DNA of 64,000 bases, from positions 6,758,001-6,822,000 of the forward strand of contig NC_047066.1 of assembly GCF_902459465.1 (NCBI RefSeq), in the 5' to 3' direction. Below the pieces are notes generated by a model, which saw only the letters and a program-made list of their open reading frames with translations, ran no database searches and was not told where the DNA came from. A program made the translations under genes and the position numbers. Of the stretch, positions 1 to 13,490 are shown one piece after another (within the stretch, counting starts at the first letter, position 1; each line of letters begins with the position of its first letter). The DNA is from Asterias rubens. Lineage: Eukaryota.

Positions 1-1974
1 CCTGATCCTGTACCCTTAATCTAGGTGTGAAGCCACACAGCACAACAAAAAACTGCCTGGGAAATTTTCCTCACACCTGGGCCCCGGCAAACACTGTGTA
101 TACGTGCAAGTCTTGCCCAAAGTGGCTAAGTTCAATATTTACGCTATTGGGTCCCCAGCATTGGTGAACAATGCCCCCATCAGTCATGCTGGGCTTATTC
201 TCAAAGGCTTGGGACTAAACAACAAAAAGTTAATTCTTAGGCTCTTTTTGGAGGCTCCCACTTTGCTCTGGTGCTGGCTCGGCGTCCTTTTCATGTTAAT
301 TACAGATTAGGACTAAATGTTGTTAGACTTAGAATGGACTTGCATACACCATAGTTATCTATGGATACACTGAACAATGTATGGTTTGTAAGTTTTGTGC
401 CTGGTCTTAAAAAACCTTTCCAATACATGATGCATTGTGTTATCATGGTAAAAGGAAATAAACCACACTTCAAATCAATAGGTTTTTTGGTGTCCTTCAT
501 GTACTTTACATTCACAGTTTCAGTCACAATTTAGCATTTAAGTTACACCACCACAGGTAATGTTGGTTGGTCGTTAGATGTTTGCAATCAGCATTTTCCT
601 TTGTTTCCATTAGAATCAATTCTGGTTCGGATCAATTCACACACCTTTACTTTTAGATTAGTGTTTTTTCCCTGCTGCCTAAAAAGTGGGTTCAGTAAAG
701 TCTATCAAACAGGCATTATTTGGTCTTGGGGAAAAAAGTGAACACTTTATGGAGTGCAGTGCAAGGGCTGACCAACAGAGGTGTAGGCCTTAGACTTTTC
801 ACTTCAGGCCTTAATAACGAGAATTTTTTCTTATTTTTCCAAGAGTAAAAAAAAATGGAAAAAAGACTAACGTGGGAGGAATATCAAGCCTGGTCTATTG
901 ACTGACATCCTGACGTCATCACCAGTGCCAACTCTTTATGCCATTTTGGTTAAATGCCATTTTGAGAGTCGCATTCCACGTGTGTTTACTGTGCAGTGCT
1001 CACGTAAGACACATGGTCTTTACATGCAAAATGGCACACCATGGACAGACAGTAGCCTACTAGTTTGACGTCAGTGCACGGTGTCCATGCATAAAAACAA
1101 ACAAAAAACCCAATAGAATCAGGTACTGCAACATCAAAATGTCAGATTGTTATGTTTTATGCCCAAAAGGGAACTCTTTGTGCTTGCCTCATGGCCTACC
1201 GGAACACCAGGCTGTTGAGCTCTTTGGCAAACGTGACAGGCAAGAGTCACATAATTGTTACTTGATGCAGTTTGTACATTGAGCTTCTTGTGGTTTAAAA
1301 AAAAAAAAGCATTTTAACACTAACACATGCCTCACAAGCTTTTCTTGTGCACTGTCTGGCCTGACTAATACTAAGGTAATTGGTGTGATAAGGTTACATA
1401 ACTTGGCACTTCAACCAAAATGCACTGCTTAACACCAGACCACTACCAGCAGGCATCACGCCTTTGTTCCGAACAAACACTGACTGCTGACTGAGTGTAA
1501 AAGTATAATAGTACACTTAATACAACCAGATACAACCATCCATATAGTCCTACATGTTCGAAGAAAAAAAGAAAACAAGAAAAGAAACATGCAGATTTAA
1601 CCCATGATGGAAAATTATCCTTCCAGACACATTTAAATCAATAGTGTGGGCCTAATCAATATCAGTCAATACTCTAATAAAGTTCTCTCATGCGTCCCAT
1701 GCTTTGATTCTAATGTTAATGGTTTGAAAAGCAAATTTGGCTAGCTCTACAAAAGTCAAAGTAGAAACAAACAGCCCCTAAAAAAAATTGTTTTCAATCC
1801 CAACCTACAGATATCCTGTTTTCTTGAAGATCAGGACGTGTAAACACGTTCAAAATAACATGATTTCTGAGAAACTTTATTTCCTTGCTTTCAATGTGTT
1901 CCTTTTGTACCACCATGGTCTTCATAAAGTTGGGGTTTTTCTAAAATATATCATCATACACCATGCTCGTACCT

Positions 1975-2600
1975 AAATGAAAGTAAAAATGACAGTGTAA
2001 AAAATTTCTGGAAGGTTTTCCTGCTAATTGTCCGGCTACCAATCTAAACCAATCTTTCGTGGGAATGTCAATGGAAAGTAGCTCATCCCATGTATATAAT
2101 CCATATCTAGGAAAGGGGGGAGGTATGGAATGGATAGATCCAACAGGTACATAGGTCTAATTGTTCAAATTTACCTTCTTGCTATACATCACGCAAAAAA
2201 GTCACCATGAAAGTAAAAATGACATTGAGAACATTTCTGGAAGATATTCAGGCTGCTAATTATCCAGCAGCCAATTTCACGAAACGCTAGGATTAATCCT
2301 AACTCGAGTTAGGACGAGTAGCCCGTCCTTACTTAGGATGGGTTCAATTCGTCCTACGTATTTCGATACGGAACTTAACCCCTCCTAAGTCATAAGATGA
2401 ATCCTAAGTTAGGAAGAGTTTGGTGAAATCAACGGCTGGTAGCATTAATTACAGATCTACAATCATTTTTGTGGGAGGAGTATCAATGGAAAATGTTGTA
2501 GCTAAAAATAGAATCAGGGGGGGGGGGGTCCCAATTGAAATGGACAGATCCAACAGGTACACTTGTTCAAATTTACCTTCTGGCTGTACACATTACGTGA
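1975..2600. repeat. ~230-bp diverged tandem duplication in the NLK intron
   Basis: atgaaagtaaaaatgaca...gatccaacaggtac...ttgttcaaatttaccttc is repeated, with a MITE in the second unit. Confidence 0.75.
2268..2440. mobile_element. ~170-bp MITE (copies 10143-10292, 33785-33960 and 60895-61010)
   Basis: Shared body gaaacgctaggattaatcctaa...ttaggaagagtttggtgaaatc. This copy interrupts the second unit of a local tandem duplication. Confidence 0.7.
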
Positions 2601-4969
2601 AGGAATGCCCTCAGGCTGAGCAAATTGGACCCCACAACGAATCGCCAATAAAGGGAGTAAAACGCCAGCGGTAGTGTGCACATTCAAAACCTTGTCACCC
2701 CATTCATTCTCTCCACTTTCCAAATCAAAGAGTATCCATCAATGATCTACAAGTGGACACAGGCATTGAGTTACACAGAGCAAGAAACGGTCCATGCTCT
2801 ACGCTAGTATGACATTTCAGCACACTTTACCTAAATTAAGTACAGTGCACTCATTTCTGCTCATACAACAATTCCCAACTTTTTTTCGACATTTGAATTA
2901 CCTGCCCCAGATATGTCTGAATTTCATTTCCCAGGCCAGTTCGGCAAAACTTTTCTCTATGAATAAATAAATTAATTAATTTGCACCATCCATGCAACTC
3001 TTTGCTTGCAACAAGTCAGTACCGGTGTTGTAGCCGATGACAAAGGATAGCAATTTAGCGAGCGAGCCACGATGAGGAGGAGAGAATGAAGGACACAGTC
3101 AAGCTTTACTGATGCAATTCAGTCACCAATGAACGAGCATTCTCATCCCTGTGTGTGTGAATGCTTTGTTCTCTGTTCTCACGCGGAGTACAAGGTTCTT
3201 CCCCCTAGCCTAGCTGTAAAATGAAACCCCACTCTGGTGTGAATACACGCCTATTTTAGCTACATTCTCTCACATATATGTACGGCAAGTCTTTCAATAT
3301 GAGTATTTTTGGTAATTACTGCCCAGTCTTTATCATGATGCAGTTTACCTTGACTTTCTCCCAGTCAAAGAAACCAAACTGGGGTTGGAAGGACAAATTA
3401 GTCAAGCCCCATTTTGTGTAAATGAGAACCACTAATCACAATAATAATTGATAATGCACAGGGGACATGGCAGCCAGCCCCCCCCCCCACCAGTATTACA
3501 CAAACCTTGTATGAACAATGAGGGTGTACTGTGCAAGATTTTTTAAATGGAATGAAGTACAAACAATAATGATGACTGATTGTGGTTGCGTACATTATGT
3601 TGCAAAAACAATGTTTAGAGCACGAATGAACAAAAGATGACAATTATTTCATGGGACCCATTACAGCACATTTTAGGAGAGTGTCCTATAAATATGAGAC
3701 TAAAGAGCCAACTAAAAAAGCAGAGTTGGATTTTAAAGCGCCATGTTCTGTATTTTAATGGTTTATTCAAAGGTAGTGTCCACGGTCCAACTGAGTTGGC
3801 GCCCCTTGGTGGCTCTAAAAAGCTTTAATGGATGTCTGTCAATTCTACACTCTTTGCACCGGTGACAACTTTTAAGGCATCATCACACTGTGCTGGGTGA
3901 AGTTCAGTGCAAATTAAACATTCTTTGGAGAAAGAGCACTTGGTTTTCTTTTTGAGAATGTAATTTGTGTCTTTCTTTTACAAAGTTTTACCAGCATTCA
4001 TTGAAGTTCTATTAAAAAGTATTAACACATGTTTGTAAACAAAATTCAGGAACGATAGAACACTGTCCAAAGTTAGTTGAAAATATCAATCCTGAAGTTT
4101 GCTCTACCTACAAGCCATGTTCGGCTGGCAGAGGTGGCTACTTTGAAGTAACTGTATGTGATTCATTAAAACAACAACATCATACAATGTGAAAACCTTA
4201 TGAGGATTTCTTTTATGGCACCCAAAATCCAGAATTGTCAACCAACATGTTTTGGTTTTTCTAAAACGGAAGTGGGCCTATGTCATTGGTTTTTTTTTAT
4301 GGGCACTCACTGAGGGACATGAATTTCTAAAAGATGTCTAATCACAACCTTCAATTGATTACTCATTTGTTTGTTTGAGGTTTTTGGTTATTTTGTTGTT
4401 GTTAAAAAAAGTTATTTCAGAAAAGATCAACTCATACTGAGTGTGGTTTTGCGTAGGCTCAGGAGGACCACCACACTGGTTACTCTGCAATGGGTACATT
4501 GTAGGAGTTGAACCATTAACACAACACTAAACAACCAACTGGAATAACAAAGGATGCCCAATGATTCATTCACAGTGACCAGAGCAGTACAAATGGCCTA
4601 CACAGCTAGCTATACTTCCATTCAAAAGTACTTCCTGGCTATATGTTCACCTCTTTGTTGGGTCATAGTGGTTTGGGGGTACAGCATGTGAACAATTTGC
4701 ATTCACATTAAGTAGTCAATACCATTTTAAAAAGTTATAACAATTTATAACCATGTTTGTTATAAGATGAATTAAAAGTTTATGATTGATCATTTCTTAA
4801 GAAATTTGTCAGCCCTAGATGCTTATGTGGTCGAAATGTGAAGCAATAACCATCTTTGGCATAAGCTACGTATGCATTGTCAATTTAGTTATTTTTAGAG
4901 AAGTTTCAAATACAAAGCCCTACATTTTCCCCTAATTTTTTAGTTAACAAGTTTGGGTGTATTTTCCCT

Positions 4970-5005
4970 TTGTTTGTTTGTTTGTTTGTTTGTTTGTTTG
5001 TTTGT
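4970..5005. repeat. (GTTT)n microsatellite; others are (C)n(CA)n at 7108-7142, (AATTG)n at 16428-16462 and (ATACA)n at ~60000
   Basis: Read directly from the sequence. Confidence 0.9.
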
Positions 5006-6128
5006 TAAGGGGTCCAGATGTGGAAAAAACTCTGAAAGCCATTTAAATATATTAACTTTAAAACTGACAATGCAATGATGTTTTTTAATTTGTAAATTTT
5101 GTTCAATCATGGTTCAATTATGGGTTCAATCAAGTGTTATTTTAATCAATCATGGTTTAACCATGGTTTAACATCTTCAGTTTCAATAAAGTTTATTTAA
5201 CCATTGTATTAAGTTGGCTAAATTAGGCCCACCTAGCCAGTTATTAGAGCAAGTGGAAATCATAAAACTTGGCTAGATATCTTATTTTGAAATAACTTGA
5301 TATGTTTCCAAATAACAAAATCAAAAGTGATGATTCAGTTTAAAACTTAAAAGCATTCATAAAAAGTTTGGCTTGATTGTTGATTGTATTGTATAGTTGT
5401 ACGTTATCGCAGCTAACTGTATTATAGTTTTATAATTTCTCACTAAGTGTTTTTAAAGTAACTATAAATACTCTTCCTATAAAAAAGTCTTGACCGAAGA
5501 CCAGCTGCACACACATAACAAATACATGAGTAATATTGTTTGTACTGTGTACCTACTGACCTACTGCGTTTGTGTCAAGTGTTATTCAGAAAAAATATGC
5601 TACATCAACAAGTAGATTGGAATTTATAACTAGACCTGTATGCTTTGATTTCAATTAAATATATTTCATCTTAATCAAGACAAACAGTTCTTTCTTTTAC
5701 ATTTGCACAATTTTCCTTGTCTCCTGAGCTAGCTGTGATCAGAAAAACCACAGTATATTGTGTACGTGTGCGGATGAACAAAGGGCCTTTTAATACGTGT
5801 ACTGCATCGCGGCCTTTGCACGGACAAAGGCTAGGCGAAGGCCGGATAATTCTCGACCCGTTGAGCATGCTCACGGAAAAAAAATGATTACAAATAATGG
5901 AAAGCATGGCCGATTCGTTTAATATTTTGGTCTCTTTTGCAAGATAAAGCTGTAGAATTAAAGCTGTTGATTAGTATGAACTGTCAGTGTAAAAGTTGAG
6001 ATTAAATGGGCAAAGATTATGGCCTCAACGGCTCTGGGAACGGGGATGGAAAACACATTACGGTCAACTATGGCTTATCATCGGGCAGGGAGCAACATGA
6101 GAACAAAGAAAGCAGAGGCTAAACTCAC

Positions 6129-6310
6129 CATACCACGCCGAAAGCACCATAACCAATCGGTCTATCCGGCTCAAAATCTCGCCTTGATAAACTCGAAGCT
6201 GTAGCAGCATTCTGGTAGAATGTCTGGGTTGCACTAAGAATGGCGTGATCTCGAGGTGTCCCCGTAAAAGCCATTTGTCTGGCCGCAATTCGCGACCCAC
6301 AGACGGCCAT
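6129..6310 (-). CDS. NLK: Nemo-like kinase, first coding exon (rest of gene lies left of position 1)
   Basis: ATG at 6310 gives MAVCGSRIAARQMAFTG...DFEPDRPIGYGAFGVVW. This has the NLK-specific subdomain I motif EPDRPIGYGAFGVVW and an N-terminus resembling vertebrate MSLCGARANAKMMA. Phase-2 donor TG|GTGAGT at 6129/6128. No second exon was recognised in 1-6128. Confidence 0.93.
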
Positions 6311-6639
6311 CACACAGTCCTCAAAGCCCCCGCGTGCTGGATGCTGGCAAGGGTGAACAGGCGCTGGGCGACGGCGGTCTGGCTCCTCTCTGTACGGTAT
6401 TTTTACAAATTTTCCCGAACGACACGGGTACAAAAACTAGGCTCGAAATATCACTTTTACTTCAAATGCATGGCTGTAGATTGCACAGGTTGTTGTGTGT
6501 TTCTTCGGCAGTGTATATCATAAATAAAAAAGTGGCTTACGGCTGGGAAAAGTGGGGAAAATCTCGCCGGATTGGTGTAAAGACTAGGCGACCACTGATG
6601 CACCAGCCGTAGGCTGCCAGGCCTAGCATACACGAGCAC

Positions 6640-7107
6640 TCAGCGGCCGACGACACACAAAGCAATTTCTTATGCACGCAAATAATACGCACGAAGTGTA
6701 CTCTATGAATATGGAACGAAAGTCATGCCTTGAGTACAAAGAGCACATGAATATATGGCGAGATCTCGCGAGGATTTGCGAGACTTAACACGCTGTTGAT
6801 AATCTCTGTTGTTTGATGACAAAAAAACTTCGTTCCGCTGTTCAGTGCTTTGGTCATGTACATGAAATTAGTTGTCAACAAGTCCAATTACCTTCTTTGA
6901 ACAACCGAACACACTGGTCATTTATGAAGATACAATAAATTAGCACTTTCCTACCATTTTTTGAGGGCAATTTGAAAAATAATATATAAAATGCAGGAGG
7001 CTATGATGAGGTAACGTTCTACCAGACTAAAGGGGTTGTAGCTCAACGTTTTTACCAAGCCATTAATTTATTTTAAAATACCCGACTCCCATTTACCGTT
7101 TTATCAC

Positions 7108-7138
<31 letters not shown>

Positions 7139-7350
7139 ACACAGACATCTTTAGCTGAATCACTGGGATAAGGTTTATCCCGTTGTTGGGTAATTTGGCC
7201 TATTTATCGATACTCAACCAACTTGAGAGAGCAGACTCAAAGATAACATTTTGGTGGAAAACAAAATATTAGTTGAATATTGTAGGCAGGGCATACAAAA
7301 TGAGGTGTTATTATTCAAATGAGTAGACCACCGGACTTCTGTCGTCCGGT
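6640..7350. promoter_or_regulatory. Putative NLK promoter region, possibly bidirectional
   Basis: CpG-enriched segment upstream of the NLK ATG. TCTCGCGAG at 6764-6772 matches 9/10 of the TCTCGCGAGA promoter palindrome. A plus-strand donor CCG|GTGAGT at 7348/7349 suggests divergent transcription. Confidence 0.4.
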
Positions 7351-7949
7351 GAGTGTGCTGACTGGTCAAACCTCGTGCCTGTGTGGCGCGGTGTAAAATT
7401 CGACAGCCCACTTGTCGGAGCTTCTCATTGAATTTTGACAGATAACATTCAGAAAAGTATTTTCAAATGGATTTAGGAAGTATTACATCAATGTTGTTTT
7501 TTTGTATTAATAAGCTGATGGTGCTCTGCGCCCGCAGGCCTATTGCGTAATATCGGAATGCAATTGTTTCTTTCATTCTTTAACAATTAAATTTCGATCT
7601 CGCATTGGCTTGGGAAATCCTAAATACAGTCAACGGCTTCATAATCGTACAACGTTTTAAAACTAGGATGAAATTATTAAAATTATCTGGGTTCATAAAT
7701 CCGACACCAACCATTCAAATCACAACAACCCCTTCCATCAGCTATATAACGTGTGCTTCAAAAGGCGATTGTTTTTTATATCTAAAAAAACTCGTTGGTC
7801 AGACCGACTTAACCCTGTTCGGCCCCAGGGGTCCATCTTTTATACTCCCGCCTGGTCATATCATAATACCTGTATAATTATGTTTTAACATCCGGTAAAC
7901 AAAGGCCGCAACTTCCTGGTGTAATCTTTGGCCACACAGGCCGTTGTCG

Positions 7950-8135
7950 CATGCAATTATGTCCTATATGCAATATTATCCGGAGAACATTATTGCATAT
8001 GCAATAATATCCTCCGGACGGTTTTGCATATGCAATCGTGTCCGCCCGGACGGTGCTACATAATGCAATTGTGTCCGCCCGGACACATTTGCATGAGATG
8101 CAGTTGTGTCCGCCCCGTGCAAACCGTCCTTGTTT
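7950..8135. repeat. Minisatellite of ~33-35-nt palindromic units
   Basis: Units of the form tgcatatgcaat.gtgtccgcccggacgg, about 5 copies. Confidence 0.7.
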
Positions 8136-8244
8136 GCAGTAAATTATCAACAAATTTCTTTCTTTCAATTGCGATTCACCAAGTGAGGATACTGGTGCTT
8201 TGATAATATTAGGGGGCCTACAAAAAAATAAAAAATACCCTGCC

Positions 8245-8634
8245 TTAAAGACAGTGGACACTATTGGTAATTGTCAAAGACTAGTCTTCACAGTTCGTGT
8301 ATCTCAACATAATTATACATAAAATAACAAACCTGTGAACATTTGAGCTCAATCGGTCGCCGAATTTGCGAGATAATAATGAAAGAGAAAAACACCCTTG
8401 TCACACGAAGTTGTGTGCTTTCTGATGGTTGATTTCGAGACCTCAAATTCTAAACTTGAGGTCTCGAAATCAAATTCGTGGAAAATTACTTCTTTCTCAA
8501 AAACTACATCACTTCAGAGGGAGCTGTTTCTCACACTGTTTATACTATCAACCTCTCCCCATTACTCGTCACCAAGAAAGGTTTTATGCCAATAATTATG
8601 TTGAGTAATTACCAATACTGTACACTGCCTTTAA
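8245..8634 (+). mobile_element. K1 MITE copy
   Basis: Same body and TIRs as 13917-14302, flanked by TTAA. Confidence 0.85.
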
Positions 8635-9805
8635 TGACAAACTAACTCGAGATAAGACAAGTCCTAACTCTTTGTGAAATCCTGTTCAGGTCCAATCAAT
8701 TCAACGATTGCTCTTTGGGATCTATCCTAGTATACGTTTTGACTCATTTGTGCAGTGGTCTTCAAAAGAACAACAAAGATCGTGCGTATTGGCTGCGTAA
8801 GACAGCGGTTATAAAATTAGAGTTGTATTTTGTAATCATCTTGTTTCAAGCTTGACGTGTGCTGCATGATCTATCAAGGGCAAAAGTGTGCATGTTGTTG
8901 ACATCTACCTCCATGAATTAACCAACAACCTTTTTTCAAATTTTTTTACTGGACTGTTTTGCCAGCAGAATCGACCAATTGAAAATCATAACTGGGACGC
9001 GCCGGGTGGCATTTTTTCTGCACATGACAATTGCCACTGTCGAAGTGCTTTTCAATAGGGACGTTTTTCCTAAATAAAAAAAAGGAAATCCTACATAAAA
9101 GAAGCAGGACATTTTTTTAGGATGTTAATTTAATATTACAGACAAAAACAAATGCGGCCTGGCATGTGGGCTTTACTAGTGTCGGCAGAGTCTAAAACGA
9201 GACGGAAACCGCCCGTGTGACTTTATTCACAGCGTGATATTCTGCCCTTGAAAAAGAAGTAGGCATACGCGAAATAAGAACAAGAGCTGACCTAATAATG
9301 CTGATTTTTTTTCTGAGGAAAATTTAAACAAAACATGAAATCAGAGGGAAGAATATCATGCCTTGTTACTCCGTGATTTGTTTGGCGCTTTAGCTTGACC
9401 GATATTGTAGCGGTCAGTCTCCCGTCTGGCAGCCGCCCGTTGACCGGTCGAGTTGACCGGTCAGCGCTATTGTGAAGTCACCAAGCGCTCGATCACCCCG
9501 TTGTTCGATTATGCATGGCCTTGGATGTACTACAGTTCCATTGTTCATTATGTTGTTGGTATAGGCGATCGAATGGCAGCTGCTCTATGGTACATAATCT
9601 GTTTGTTCTCCAAGTGAAATCATTTCGATGCAAGACAAAAACCTTCATGGACTTAATTTTATAATAACAAAATCTTCATAAAAAAAAAAAATGCAAATTC
9701 GCCTCAAAGAAGGTTAAAAACCACTCTTGGTAATGGGGTTACAAGAAGACAAATTATTTACAGTGAAAGAACCCAGGGGAGCAGAAGTAAAAATTGATAT
9801 TCCTC

Positions 9806-10330
9806 TTAAAGGTAGTGGACACTATTAGTAATTACTCAGAATAATTATCACCATAAAATCTCACTTGTTAACAAGTAATGGGGAGAGGTTGATTGTATAA
9901 AACAACAGCTCCCTCTGAACTGACGTAGTTTTTGAGAAAGAAGTCATTTTCCACGAACTTGATTTCGAGACCTCAAGTTTAGAATTTGATGTCTCGAAAT
10001 CAAGCATCTGATAGCACACAACTTCGTATGACAAGGGTGTTTTTTCTTCTTTCATAGTTATCTCGCAACTCCGACGACCAATTGAGCTGAAGGTTTCACA
10101 AGTTTGTTATTTTATGCAGATGTTGAGATACGTGAGAAGACTGCAGACGATTTCACGAAACGCTAGGATTAATCCTACAGTCCTAACTTAGGGTGGATTC
10201 TATGCGTCCTACGCCTTTGGATACGGAATTTAAATCGTCCCAAGTACTAAGATTAATCGTAAGTTGGGAAGAGTTTGGTGAGATCAAAGGCTGGTCTTTG
10301 AAAATTACCAATAGTGTCCATTGTCTTTAA
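9806..10330 (-). mobile_element. K1 MITE copy with a nested ~150 bp MITE (~10143-10292)
   Basis: Reverse K1 body interrupted at gagaagactg|gtctttg by the ctaggattaatcct...ttaggaagagtttggtg family. Confidence 0.8.
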
Positions 10331-10608
10331 AACAGTCTACATTATACTGTGGCCTTTCCTCATCTTATATACCCTTGATAACAAAAAGGTATCCACTGCT
10401 GATAAGATAGACGCGCCAACAAACCAACCACACAAATGTATGGGAAGCTAACCAACTAACACAGGTCATCATTTATGATTTATGAAGTCAGGGATGCATG
10501 AAGATGAATTATGTAGATTGTGTGTTGAGTGCCATTCCCAATACAAAGCTACGACCTGGTGTTCTCAAAATAAATCTAAAAATACATTTGAATATAATTT
10601 GTTTTTAT

Positions 10609-10983
10609 CGACACTATTGATAATTGTCAAAGACTAGTCTTCACAGTTGGTGTATCTCAACACCTGCATAAAATAACAAACCTGAAATTTGAGCTCAGTC
10701 GGTCCTCGAAGTTGCGAGATAATAATGAATGAAAAAACACACCCTTGTCACACGAAGTTGTGTGAGTTCAGATGCTTGATTTCGAGACCTCAAATTCTAA
10801 ATCTGAGGTCTCGAAATCAAATTCGTGGAAAATTACTTTTTCTCGAAAACAACTTCACTTCAGAGGGAGCTGTTTTTCACAATGTTTTATACTATTAACC
10901 TCTCCCCATTACTAGTAATCAAGAAAGGTTTAATGGCAATAATTGATATGAGTAATTACACCAATAGTGTCCACTGCCTTTAA
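10609..10983 (+). mobile_element. K1 MITE copy (left end eroded)
   Basis: K1 body ending ccactgcctTTAA. Confidence 0.8.
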
Positions 10984-12919
10984 TGTTAATATTCGTTTTG
11001 AGTAATAACCAAAAATTCACAGAAAAATCACTCGGGTGGATTCGAACTCATGACTGTTGCATTGCTAGATCAGATTTGTTGAATATACAGTGCTTAGTAT
11101 ACATCGGTGTAGGGTTAAAACAAATTAAATTTGTTATCCCGATGCAAAAAATAACATCTATTAAAAATTCATATGCAAACAAACACATACAAGTAAGAAA
11201 GACTTAAACAAACATTTGTTATTTATTATCATTATAAATATTATTTTGTTTGGCTGCTGTTTAATTTCTTGTGTTTTATTTCTTCATCATGATATGATCA
11301 CATTTTTCTTGTCTTTTTCTTTACATGCAACATATTTAAATTGAAATTCAATCGAGAAGTGCACCAGCACCGACTAGTGCACCAGCAGTTTTATGCACCA
11401 GTCTGAAATGGTGGCCGAGACATTTTGTATGTATACCAATCCATGCAGACTGTGGTCCTGACAAATGACCATAACTTGCTTCTCTTCATCCAGGTGTACA
11501 AATAAAATGGTCACCTGCAAGGTTGGAGACGATGTCGTTTGTAACCCTCATTGGCAAGTTTACATGAGGATCAGGAGAAGCACATTGAGACCAAGAAGTG
11601 GTTGCCCAAATATTCAGGCCTGACACTTCAGAGAATAGAGTCAATTTGCCCCTGGTCATTGCATTGTTACCCCTTGATGTTCCAATCGAAAATTTACAAC
11701 TGCCTCATAGAGGTGCCCTTTACCAAGAAGCAAATGCCTTGGTGCCCTTGCCCTTTAAAATTTTACGTCGCAAGTGTCACGACCATGATTCAAACCCACA
11801 CTCTGGTGATTAAACACCAGAGCTTGAATCCAGTGCTCTTAATCGCTCTGCCATAACACGCCACATTGTGAGAAACGGTTCCCTCTGAAGTGAAACTAAA
11901 TTTCTTACTCGAACATTAAAAGACTTCAGGCCTGAAGCATTTTTTTTAGGCATCTGAAAGAATACAAACTTGTTATTCTCTTGCAACTTTGATGACCAAT
12001 CGAGTCCAAATTTGATATTTCCCAAATTGTAAAATGAAACTGCAAATGAGCACCTCAGTCCTTGAAATTAATTTAACAAGCACTACTTCATAAACCAACT
12101 ATTACAGTGACTGTACCTGTTTATTCTGTAAGTTTCTAACTGAAAATGTAGCAACTTCACAAAATGTAACAAATTTTATAGAAATTGTAGTTTGAAAGAA
12201 GTATAAGAAAACATACTTGAGAAAGTTCACTGAAAAAAGTACTCATGTTTTTGTTCAAAAATAGTATAGCTTCATAACAGGTATTTTGATTTTATAATCT
12301 GGCATAGTCCTAACCAACTTACTTTAAAGGCACTGGAAACATTTGTCAAAGACCAGTATTCTCGCTTGGTGAAGCCCAACATTAGTTACATTGTTTGTAG
12401 TCTTTTAGTATAATCAAATATTTGAGTGAGAAATTACCTCTTTCTCAAAAACTACATCACTTCAGAAGGAGCCTTTTCTCACAATGTTTTAAACTATCAA
12501 CAGCTCTCTATTGCTCGTTACTAAGTCAGTTTTTACCAATAGTGTCCAGTGCCTCTAAAAGTTACAACGGTGAGGCTACCCTAACCCAAACCATCCAAAC
12601 CCAACGAAAAATAAAAATGCTATCAATATCAGGTTGTCTAATCTTTCATGTGTCAGAGTAGGGCTAGACTTAAAGACAAGTCGTTAGGCGCTGCCTATTT
12701 GTCTGCCGTACATGCAACAGTCACAGTGCAATTATACACACGCAACAGTCGTAGGTAGCGCGTGGCAGAATTGCGACTGACTCACACACACATACTGGGA
12801 TCAAGGGGGGTGTGTATCATCCCCGTAGCTACACCGCGCTGTAACTACACACCACGCTTAACAATTACCGTCTTGACTTCAAGAATAGAGTAGGGCCCAA
12901 TAAAGGCGAAAAACACGAA

Positions 12920-13350
12920 AATAATATGCTAAAAGCACCAAAAACTGCATGGCTTACCGGAGAGGAGTTACTGGCAAAAATACCTTCAAAATACCCCCTG
13001 GTGACACAGGGCCCCGGTTTTGGACAGGTATCAGAAATTAATTGACATTTAAATCAAGAATAGACATAACCGACGTACTTCAATGACGCAGTTAACACAT
13101 AATAATCAGAAAATAAAACTGTCATAAACAGAAACCAAATTATATATGCTAAAAGCACCCAAAACTGCATGACTTACTGGAAATGAGTAACTAGTAACAA
13201 TACCTTCAAAATACCCCCTGCCGACACTGGGACCCGGTCTTGCACAGGTATCAGAAATTAATTGACATTTAAATCAAGAATAGACAAACCCGACGTAGAT
13301 AACGAATTACAATCAGAAAATAAACCAGAAATCCTCCAACTGTCACAAAC
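12920..13350. repeat. ~220-bp tandem duplication downstream of the MRPL18 stop
   Basis: atatgctaaaagcacc...ataccttcaaaatacccc...gacatttaaatcaagaatagac is repeated. Confidence 0.85.
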
Positions 13351-13490
13351 AGAAACCAAACAATTAAGTATCAACGAAACCATTTGGATCAGTTATGTGT
13401 TAATCATTTTGAATACGACGAATAATTGGAATCCATAAATAGAGTTTGGACCAAAGGCTTCTATTTTCCTTTACCAAAAAAAAAATTCAC

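Noticed and set aside
1-6128. Search for NLK exon 2 (SVTDPRDG...VALKK)
   Set aside because: Not found by eye, so the region is treated as one long intron running past the window edge.
8398-8595. Recurrent ~60-80 aa ORFs (DFETSNSKLEVSKS..., also at 9861, 10689, 14079, 25154, 44155, 46501)
   Set aside because: They are chance frames in non-autonomous K1 MITE copies, with no transposase motifs.
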